64,000 nucleotides of DNA, taken from positions 2,752,001-2,816,000 of the forward strand of contig OZ250169.1 of the NCBI GenBank assembly GCA_965237955.1, written 5' to 3'. The first letter of the stretch is position 1; each line of letters opens with the position of its first letter. The position numbers and the translations under genes were made by a program. Source of the DNA: Candidatus Marinacidobacterales bacterium (GTDB taxonomy: Bacteria; Acidobacteriota; Vicinamibacteria; Marinacidobacterales; SMYC01). Under the pieces are notes generated by a model. It was given only the letters and a program-made list of their open reading frames with translations, was not told the origin of the DNA and made no database searches. Shown piece after piece: positions 55,841 to 64,000 of the stretch.

Positions 55841-57022
55841 TCCCATGGAACAGAAAAAGCTAGACAACACCGGCCCTTCTGTGATCTGCTAAATGCATGA
55901 AACACAAGGGCCGGCGAAAAGCCGAATTGAAGCTGTCGTCTCAAGAAAGCGAAGCGCTGACGCGACTGGCGCGACGCAGCCGTAGTTCGCCGCACCAAGC
56001 CTTCCGAGCGAAGATCGTGCTGGATTGCGCGGCGGGTCTGACGAATATGGAAGTTGCTAGGAAGATGCACACCATGAGGAGCACGGTGGGCAAGTGGCGA
56101 AGACGCTTTGTAGAACAACGAATGGAAGGGTTGTACGACGAACCTCGGCCGGGAGCGGCTCGCAAAATCGGCGATGACCAGATCGAGGAAGTCGTGACCA
56201 AGACGCTGGCGACGACTCCAAAGGGGAGAACCCATTGGAGTACGCGCTCGATGGCCAAGCATCTTGGGCTGAGTCATTCGACGATTGGACGTATTTGGCG
56301 AACGTTCGGGCTTCAACCGCACCGCTCGGAATCGTTTCGTCTCTCGCAAGACCCACAACTGGTCGAAAAAGTACGCGACGTTGTTGGCCTGTATATGAAC
56401 CCACCGGATAACGCGGTCGTCCTGTGCGTCGACGAGAAATCGCAGATTCAAGCGCTCGAGCGTGCTCAACCTGTCCTGCCCATGAGCTTGGGCCAGCCCG
56501 AGCGACAAACCCACGACTACATTCGGCATGGAACGACTGACCTGTTTGCCGCACTCGACGCCGCAACAGGTGAAGTCTTCGGAAAGTGCTACGCGCGACA
56601 TCGAGCGCTAGAGTTCAAGAAGTTCCTCGCTGAGATCGAAGCAGCCGTTCCCAGCGAGTTGGACATCCACGTCGTGCTCGACAATCTCGCCACGCACAAG
56701 ACACCGGCGATCAAACGCTGGCTTTCCAAGCGACCTCGGTTCCACTTTCACTTCACACCGACACACGCCTCTTGGCTCAACTTCGCTGAGCGCTTCTTTG
56801 GCTTGCTCACCGAACACGCCTTGCGACGAGGCTCGCACACGAGCGTGCCTCAGCTCCGCGTTGCGATACAAGACTATCTCGATGCTCACAACGAGAACCC
56901 AAAGCCGTTCAAGTGGACGAAATCCGCCGACCAAATCCTCGAAACCATCGCTCGGTTCGCCCAGCGAACGCTCGATACACATGGCAAATCGAATTTGGAC
57001 AGTAATTAAAGATCCAGGGGAC
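55840..57022 (+). mobile_element. IS630-family insertion sequence
   Basis: TA duplication (55838-39, 57023-24) in CTAG context; ends GTCCCATGGAAC and reverse complement GTCCCCTGGATC. Confidence 0.9.
55897..57009 (+). CDS. IS630 transposase
   Basis: HTH, RPG, HWS, VDEKS, Y.RHGT, VLDN...[12 protein letters not shown]. Confidence 0.94.
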   Translation: MKHKGRRKAELKLSSQESEALTRLARRSRSSPHQAFRAKIVLDCAAGLTNMEVARKMHTMRSTVGKWRRRFVEQRMEGLYDEPRPGAARKIGDDQIEEVVTKTLATTPKGRTHWSTRSMAKHLGLSHSTIGRIWRTFGLQPHRSESFRLSQDPQLVEKVRDVVGLYMNPPDNAVVLCVDEKSQIQALERAQPVLPMSLGQPERQTHDYIRHGTTDLFAALDAATGEVFGKCYARHRALEFKKFLAEIEAAVPSELDIHVVLDNLATHKTPAIKRWLSKRPRFHFHFTPTHASWLNFAERFFGLLTEHALRRGSHTSVPQLRVAIQDYLDAHNENPKPFKWTKSADQILETIARFAQRTLDTHGKSNLDSN

Positions 57023-57874
57023 TAGGTCGCGGATGTTGTTCTTTGCGACAAACTCGTTGACGTAGCGCTGTAGGTGCTTGGGGCTGAGCTTGTGGAAGAC
57101 GCCCTTATGTGCGCGCTTGAGGGTGGCCCAGAACGATTCGACCCCGTTGATATGAGCTTGCTGGCGCACGTACTCGCCGACTGAGTGCTTGACGGCTTCC
57201 CTGTCCCTCGGTAGCCCATCGTAGGCTGAGGCTTCATCGGTGTAGACCTTCGCGGCCGGGGCCGAATTCTCAATCACGAAGCCTTGGAGGGTAGGCTGGT
57301 CGGTGCTCTCGACCACCTTGGCCCGGACTTGCTTGCTCGTCCGGTCCTTCATGGCGACGACGGCGGTCTTGCCCTTGGTGCCGCGGCCAGTGAGCGCCTT
57401 GCGCTTCGACAGGCTCATGTTGCGGCGCTTGCCTCCGAAGTAGGATTCGTCCACTTCGACGGGGCCGGAGAAGGCCGTCCCACCGTTCGACCCCCACGCT
57501 TCGCGAATGCGGTGCAGCATGAACCACGCGGTGGGCTGTGAAACGCCGATGTCGCGATGCAGCTTCATGCTCGAGACGCTCTTGAGGCTCGTGAGGCAGA
57601 GGTAGATCGCGATGGTCCACTTGCGCAGCGGGACGTTAGAGTTGGCGATCGGAGTGCCAGTCCGCACGCTGAAGTAGCTCCGGCAAAGCCGACACCAGTA
57701 GGGCATCGGCTTTCGGTTCGGCACTTCGCTCGTAGCCAGACTCCCGCAGTGGCTACAGCTGCGCTCGCCGTGCCAAACGGCTTCTTCAAACCACTTGATC
57801 GCCGCCTCTTCGCTGGGGAACATGTCCATAAGTTCAACAACCGTCAGGCCTTCGCGGTCGGCACGCCCTGGGGC

Positions 57875-58768
57875 TTTCGTTTCGTCGGGGCTCTCGCCGT
57901 GGTTGCGCTTCTCGCTCCATCGAGCCTCGAAGCCCAGGGAAAGATTCGAGTGGCGATTTGGGATTTCGAGAACAACGCCGAGCGAAGCTGGTGGTTCTAT
58001 AACGACCTCGGGCCGGCGGCACGCAACAACATCGACACCGCGTTCTCGGAAAGCGACATTCTCTCGTCTCGGTTCAGTGTCATCGAGCGAGAGAAGCTCG
58101 ACCTCGTCCTCCAGGAGCAAGGTCTCTCTACATCGGGAGCACTCGACCAGCAAACCGCCGCAAAAGTCGGACGGATTCTGGGAATCAAGTACATCATTAC
58201 CGGTGGCATCGACAAGTTCGCGATCAACACCACGAAGGGCGGCTTCGGAGGCATCGGAGGCAGCTACACGAAGGCCGAGGCGAAGATCAACTTGAGGCTC
58301 ATCGACACGACGACGGCCGAGCGCGTCGTCGCCGTTTCCGCCAACGGGAACGTCAAGAAAGGCGGCGGTTTCGCGAAGGGCGCGAGCCTCAGCCGTGAGG
58401 ACGAGTGGGGTATCGCCAGCGAAGCCATCGAGAAGGCATCCGAGGAAGTCGTCGCCAAATCCGAAAAACACAAAGGCCTGAAGAAGCTCGCCGCGGGCGG
58501 CGCCATGGGCGGTGCCGAAGGCAAGATCATCAAAGTAGAGGGCAACCGCGCCTGGATCAACATGGGATCGGCGTCCGGCATACAGGTCGGTGATCGATAC
58601 GTGGTGTTCTCCGTTGGCGAAGCGCTCGTGGACCCCGACACTGGACAAGTGCTGGGGGTGGACGAGAGTCAGATCGGCGAAGGTGAAGTGGTCGACGTCA
58701 AGGATCGTTTTTCGATCATGACCTTTACCGGCACGGCGAACGCGAAGGACGTCGTTCGTAAGCAATAG
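57875..58768 (+). pseudogene. CsgG/HfaB-family secreted protein with FlgT-like C-terminal domain, lacking a start codon
   Basis: Hydrophobic signal remnant then RVAIWDFEN, FSVIEREKLD.VL.EQ, G.ILG.KYIITG, INMG...GI.VGD. Confidence 0.75.
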
Positions 58769-58773
58769 CTGCT

Positions 58774-58836
58774 GCCATCGGCCATCAGCCGTCGGCCATC
58801 AGCCCGCTTTCGCTGTGAGCTTTTAGCGAAGGCGGG
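58774..58836. repeat. Heptamer family B run followed by REP-like palindrome
   Basis: GCCATCG-GCCATCA-GCCGTCG-GCCATCA-GCC then CCCGCTTTCGCT...AGCGAAGGCGGG between convergent genes. Confidence 0.8.
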
Positions 58837-58838
58837 CG

Positions 58839-60705
58839 CTACCGACCACGATTGCGATTCCAGTACTCGCGCACGGCGGCCACCAAATCCGACGCAATCA
58901 CGCGCGATTGCTCTCGCAGTTTCTCGCGGCCGAGGCGGGCGTCGAAGGTGATCATCTTGGGGGGCAACACCAGCTCATCGTCGAAGTGTCTTGAGCTCCC
59001 GCTCGCTTCGATCAAATAAGTCCTCACGACGAACGTTGTCCCGAACTGCTCTTCGGTGCGGGCTTCGATCTCCTCGACGTCGAGGCGAACGACTACGTCA
59101 CCACGTGGCGGACGGGCTACCGGAACGCCCTGTTTCCGGCACTCTTTGACGATGGCGAACCTCAACGCTGCGCAGCCATCACGCACGCCTTCACAAGCGA
59201 CTCCAGTGACCGGAATCTCGGGAAGCGGTGGTGGCGACTCAGGCTGGACAGGCTGGACAGGCGGCGGTTGGGAGCGCGTCGCCGTGGAGGACGCTAGCGG
59301 CGGGGCGCTTACCGGTTCGGGCTCCGGAGCTCGAGATGCCGACATCGCCGCCGGGCGCTCGGGCTCGGCCAAAACCTCGGGGTCTTCTTCAATAACTGGT
59401 TCAATAACTGGGGTCTCTGGTGTCTCCGCGGTGGCTGCGGCTGCAGCGGGCTCGGCTTCCTTGGTTTGGCTCCGGTGGCGGCGCGCTCCTTCCTCGTAGC
59501 AAAAAGAGCGCGATGAGCGCCACCGCGACGACGACCAACCCGAAGAGCAAGAAACGAGACGCGTCCGCTTTCGTTTCCGCCGTTCGCACTTCGTGCGCTC
59601 GTACGGTGGCGGTGGCGGACGGCGACGACGGCAAGGGTGGCAACGCGGCCGCCGCCGCGCCGGCCATGGTGGTTTCGCGTCTCGCCTGCGTTGGCTCTGC
59701 AGGTTCGCTAGGCCCAAAGGTTTCCGGAGTGACAGCGATAATAGGTAGGGCCACGTCCCGAGCGGCGGTATCGGGAACGATGTCGAGCGCGCTCATTAGC
59801 TCTTCCGCGCTTTGATAGCGGTTGTCGGGCTCTTTCTCGAGGCAGCGCAACACGACCGCCTCGAGCTCCGCCGGGATTTTCGCGCCCACGGCGTTGGGCG
59901 GTGTAGGCGGTTCGCTGAGATGCTTGTTGAGAATCTGATGTATCGACGTATCGTCGAAAGGCACCCTCCCCACGAGCATTTCGTAGAGGATCACGCCGAG
60001 CGCATAAAGATCGCTTCTCTGATCCGCCGGCTGGCCCTTGGCCTGTTCGGTCGACATGTAATGAGGAGTGCCGAGGACCATCCCCGTCGATGTGAGCGCC
60101 GGGCTCGTCGGCTCGAACGTTTTTGCGATGCCGAAATCGAGAAGCTTGGGGATCTCGTTGCCGTCGCTATCGCACGACACCATGATGTTCTGCGGCTTCA
60201 AATCGCGATGGACTATACTTTTGCGGTGCGCGAGCGCGAGCGCGCTCCCGATCCCTCTGAGCAGCCGCACCGTGCGCTTCGGCTCCCACGCGCCCTCGGA
60301 GACGATCATCTCCTTGAGGCTGCTCCCGTCGACGAGCTCCATCACGATGTAGAGGGTACCGTCGGTGGCTTGTCCCAGGTCGTGCACGGCCACGATGTTC
60401 GGATGGCTCAGGTGGGCCGCCGCGCGCGCTTCGCGCAGAAACCGCTGGACCACGTCGGTCGACGAAACCAGCTCGGGTTTGATGAGCTTGATGGCGACGG
60501 GTTTGTTCAGCATCAAATGGGTGCCGCGATAGACCGCTCCCATTCCGCCTCGTTGGAGAAAACCGTCGATGCGATACTTTCCGTCGAGCGTCTTCCCGAC
60601 CGCTTGCTCCTCGAACGAGACCGTATCGGAAAGAAGCGTCCCGTCGTGGGGACACACCCTTTCACCGGCCGGGAAACGGCGCTCGCACTTTGAACACTGA
60701 CGCAT
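58839..60705 (-). CDS. Transmembrane Ser/Thr protein kinase (frameshift at ~59466 separates the extracytoplasmic domain)
   Basis: N-terminal CxxC..CP.DG, GGMGAVY, VAIK, HRDLKPQN, DFG, TM helix; second frame continues with Pro-rich linker and folded domain. Confidence 0.85.
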
Positions 60706-60782
60706 AGAACGATGTTAAGTGGCTTCCGCGAATGAATCAACCGGATGGATTTCACGCGCGGCCTGGGCGAGAATGCAGGTGA

Positions 60783-61673
60783 ATGCGCAACGACGTCGAC
60801 GCGTTTTTGGAGGATCTACAACATCGAAGAGGGCTGTCCGCACACACCATCAAGAGCTATCGTTCCGACCTTCTCCAATTCGGTGCGTTCCTCGAAGGGT
60901 CGCTCGGCATCAAGCGGCTCGACAAAGTCGACGTCCTCGCGATCCGGGCGTTTCTCGCCGAGCTTCATCAAAACGGAATCGCTCGCTCGTCGATCGCCCG
61001 CAAGCTTGCTGCCATCCGAACGTTCTTCCGCCACCTCACCAGAGAAGGAAAGCTAGACAAAAACCCAGCTCGCTTGGTGTCGACGCCTCGCCTCGATCAA
61101 AAAATTCCGGCGCGACTCGAACAAAGCGAAGTCGAGCGACTTCTCGAATGCCCGGACCCGACAACGCAGCTAGGACGCCGGGACCGCGCGATGCTCGAGC
61201 TTCTCTACGCCACCGGACTTCGCGTCGGCGAGCTCGTCGCGCTCGACCTCGCACGCGTGGATCTCGAAAACATGCTGGTGCGGGTCGACGGCAAGGGTGG
61301 GAAGGAACGCATCGTACCGTACGGTGAAGTAGCGTCCGAGGCGATACGTCTCTATTCGAACGATCGACTCGAGCTCGTGCGGCTGGGACGAGGCACCGAC
61401 GCTCTCTTCCTCAATGCCCGCGGCGGAAGGCTCACCGCACGAAGCGTCCGGAGACTCCTCGAGCGCTACCTGCGCGACGCCGCCCTGACATCCAGCTTGT
61501 CGCCCCACAGCCTGCGACACGCGTTCGCAACCCATCTGCTCGAACGCGGCTGCGATCTCCGATCCATCCAGGAGCTCCTGGGACACGAGAGCCTATCGAC
61601 CACCCAGAAATACACGAACCTGTCGACGCAGCGCTTACTGGATGTGTACGAGAAGACGCATCCTAAAGCCTAG
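60783..61673 (+). CDS. xerC: Tyrosine recombinase XerC
   Basis: RD.AMLELLYATGLR, GKG.KER, HSLRHAFATH, LLGH, TTQKY; topA-trmFO neighbourhood. Confidence 0.9.
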   Translation: MRNDVDAFLEDLQHRRGLSAHTIKSYRSDLLQFGAFLEGSLGIKRLDKVDVLAIRAFLAELHQNGIARSSIARKLAAIRTFFRHLTREGKLDKNPARLVSTPRLDQKIPARLEQSEVERLLECPDPTTQLGRRDRAMLELLYATGLRVGELVALDLARVDLENMLVRVDGKGGKERIVPYGEVASEAIRLYSNDRLELVRLGRGTDALFLNARGGRLTARSVRRLLERYLRDAALTSSLSPHSLRHAFATHLLERGCDLRSIQELLGHESLSTTQKYTNLSTQRLLDVYEKTHPKA

Positions 61674-61733
61674 GATCGGTGTGGTATACGGTATACCGAA
61701 TTACCTGAATCGCATACTGTGAGGTCAATAGGG

Positions 61734-62981
61734 TCAATAGCGAAGGGCTTCGATGTGCTCGTGCCGGTGGCCGAAAATCCGCTTGAACCTCTCGATGTCC
61801 TCCTTGCTGCCGGTGGCTTTGGCGAGGTTGTCACTGAGCTTCACCGTGCGGGTTCCGCACGCCTCGACCGCCTTGACGACAATCGCGATGGGGTCGATGC
61901 CCATGTCGTTGGTCAAGTTCGTCCCCCAGCCGAAGCTCAACTTGACCCGTCCGTGGAATCGTTCCGATAGCTCCAATATCGTATCGAGCTCCAAGCCGTC
62001 GCTGAAGATCAGGAGCTTCTCCTTCGGATCGATACCGCAGTCTTCGTAGAAACCAACGGCGCGCTCCCCGAACTCGAACGGGTCGCCCGAGTCGTGACGG
62101 AGCCCCTTCCACGCCCGCGCCTGGGATTTTGTCATGTCACGGAAGAAGAACTCGGAGCCATAGGTGTCGGTCACCGCGACCGAGAGACCCCATCCGTAGA
62201 GCTCCCACCAGTCTTTCAATACTCGATTGTGGGATGCGCGGATTCTGTCGTCCGATTCGTTCATGATGCTCGACATCACCATGTTGAGCTCGTGGGCCGA
62301 CGTACCCATGGGCACGAGGCCGTGCAGTAGCGCCGATTCGGTCGCCGACGTGCCGACGAACTGCTCCTGCAGCTCTTCCGCGAGGGTGCGGTCGACGTAG
62401 TGCTACCACTCGCGGCTGAAGCGTCGCCGGGTGCCGAAGTCGACGAACTCGATCTCCGGATGCTCACGCAACACGCGAATCTTGTTTGCGAGTCTCATTT
62501 TGCCTTCGGCGTAGACGAGATCTCTCTCGAACCGGCTGAGCTTCTGCAAGAGACTCCGGTAGTACAACTCGTTGACAAGCGCGAGCGCGATGGTCTCCCA
62601 ATAGATGGCGTGAGACCAGAGTCCTTTGAAGCTCAACCGAAAACTTCCGTCCACTTCCTCGAGCTCGTACTCGGGTAGCTCTAGTCCGCGCAAGAAATCG
62701 AGGTAGTCCTCCGAGAACATGCGATCGCCGTACTCGTTGGTCCCACGAAGATAGTGGAGCTCTGAGTTGTTGAACCGAAGACTGCGGGCGTGGTCGAGCT
62801 CCTCTCTCAGCTCGACGTCGTCCACCACGGAAGCGAGCCGGATTTCGCGGGTGCGATTCGTGAGCGCGTAGGTGACGGGCACGTCCGGGTAGCGAAGAAA
62901 CACCATTTGACCCATCGTGAACTTGTAGAAATCGACATCGAGCAACGATTCGATGATGGGCATGCCGCTATCGCCTTTCAT
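61734..62981 (-). pseudogene. pncB: Nicotinate phosphoribosyltransferase with in-frame TAG at 62403-62405
   Basis: SLLDVDFYKFTM, DFGTRRRFS, GTSAHE, RHDSGDP, FSDGL, FGWGTNLTND, KLSD; both halves in the same frame. Confidence 0.9.
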
Positions 62982-64000
62982 CCACGAGAGCTCGCTCGAA
63001 GCCGCCCCACGAATCGAGCGTCGTCGTCGATCGCACGAGATGCATCCCCGCGGACTCGAAGTCGCGATAAGCGGCCTCTGCCTGGTCGGTGAAATCCACG
63101 ACGCCGGGGACCACGACTGGCGAGCTGCAATCCTCGAGGAGATACACGTTCGCAGCGAGCGCTGGGTCGCGTTTTCGGATCTCCGTGAGCAGATCCGCCA
63201 CCGTCCACGCGACGCAGTGGCTCTTCGCTTGCCCGGCCACGATGAGAGCGTCGTAGCCGAGGAGCTCGTCTATTAGCGCCCCGTTGGGCCTGTTGGACTC
63301 GTCGAGCTTCTCGCCGTGGGCGTCATCGAGGACTTCGGGTCGCAGCACCGAATAGTTCTCGGTCAAGGGATGGACGCCTTTGACTTCGAAACCGGTTTGA
63401 GAGCTACGGACCATGTTGTGAAAAAACAGTGCCTCTTCGACCGCGGAGACGAGGGCGTGCCCGACCCCGCCGAGCATCGCGTGGTACGGCCACACCATGA
63501 GCGAGTAGAACCCATCGCGGCTCAAACTCCTGCAGTAGTGGATGAGATATTCCTGATCGACGCCGAGCTCGACCGACACCCGTGGGTTCACTTTCCATCG
63601 GCCCGACTCCACATCCTCGAGCGAGACCGCGGTCATCGGTTCGGGATGGTTGCCGGCGTCGTCCACGAGGAAGACGCTATGGAAGATTTGCATCGCGGTA
63701 TGAGTGTCGAGAGTCGCGTGGATGCGCGTGATCGAAGAGAGGTTCTCGTAGATGAACCGGCACAGCCGGGTGTTGTCCTCCACTGCCGCCATTCCCGATC
63801 GACCGGCCACGAAGAACTCGAACTCCGGGATGCAGAACGTGTTTTGAACGTCGACGAGAAGAAGTCCGACGCGGTGCTCATCGCTCGCAGACGGTGCCGC
63901 CCCGCGCTCGTCGCGCCAGAGCCTCGCGTCCTCGGCGCGATCTTCATAGGGCACGCGATAAATCTCCGATACCTTCTTGGGATCGAAATAGGGCGGGCAA
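62968..64000 (-). CDS. Isochorismatase/nicotinamidase-family cysteine hydrolase (start beyond window)
   Basis: LLVDVQNTFC, TLDTH, WPYH, GQAKSHCV, DCSS; adjacent to pncB. Confidence 0.85.
   Translation of the reverse strand, partial: CPPYFDPKKVSEIYRVPYEDRAEDARLWRDERGAAPSASDEHRVGLLLVDVQNTFCIPEFEFFVAGRSGMAAVEDNTRLCRFIYENLSSITRIHATLDTHTAMQIFHSVFLVDDAGNHPEPMTAVSLEDVESGRWKVNPRVSVELGVDQEYLIHYCRSLSRDGFYSLMVWPYHAMLGGVGHALVSAVEEALFFHNMVRSSQTGFEVKGVHPLTENYSVLRPEVLDDAHGEKLDESNRPNGALIDELLGYDALIVAGQAKSHCVAWTVADLLTEIRKRDPALAANVYLLEDCSSPVVVPGVVDFTDQAEAAYRDFESAGMHLVRSTTTLDSWGGFERALVDERR

Larger units (their letters stand above)
53647..57880 (-). mobile_element. IS1595-family cargo transposon (one end missing), interrupted by IS630
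   Basis: Candidate terminus GGGAATTACAAAGTATA at 53647; passenger genes on +; ISXO2-type transposase on -; no matching IR at the other end. Confidence 0.65.
55730..57880 (-). pseudogene. IS1595-family (ISXO2-like) DDE transposase split by IS630 and lacking its first codons
   Basis: CSHC...CRLC Zn ribbon, VEVDESYFGG, VYTDE, HINGVESFW, HLQRYVNEF; removing IS630 restores NIRDL-GTLDQM...RLLYRDLIADNG. Confidence 0.9.

Noticed and set aside
56909-58765. 618-aa ORF as one large transposase
   Set aside because: Chimera of the antisense csgG-like frame, the IS1595 core and read-through into IS630.
60783-61673. Integron or prophage integrase
   Set aside because: Size, motifs and topA-trmFO context fit housekeeping XerC; no attC sites or phage genes seen.
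62403-62405. Genome-wide TAG recoding
   Set aside because: TAG terminates many conserved genes here (tuf, rplK, rplA, rplL, rplB) at the expected positions.

Overview
GC-rich bacterial chromosome, most likely Acidobacteriota (inferred from the eight-cysteine N-terminal insertion in RpoB and the gene order). Bases 1-37.5 kb are a contiguous core supercluster: PIN/TRAM-plsC-ispD-ispF-rlmB, four tRNAs, tuf, rpmG, tRNA-Trp, secE-nusG-rplKAJL-rpoBC, then the str, S10, spc and alpha operons with a second tuf. Bases 37.5-64 kb hold an EF-G paralogue, a PilM/N/O-like trio, metabolic genes, two Ser/Thr kinases, a decayed dprA-topA-trmFO-xerC neighbourhood and pncB/pncA-like genes. An IS5/IS903-like element has deleted its flanks. 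A ~4.2 kb IS1595-family cargo transposon carries a DNA methyltransferase-HNH nuclease fusion and is itself interrupted by an IS630. Two things stand out. First is that MTase-HNH cargo element. Second is a dispersed set of short degenerate tandem repeats (periods 6, 7, 8 and 9, often in inverted pairs) at gene junctions, which by eye sit in a strand-asymmetric codon-bias halo. Several single-base frameshifts may be sequencing errors. All calls come from reading the sequence; no searches were run.
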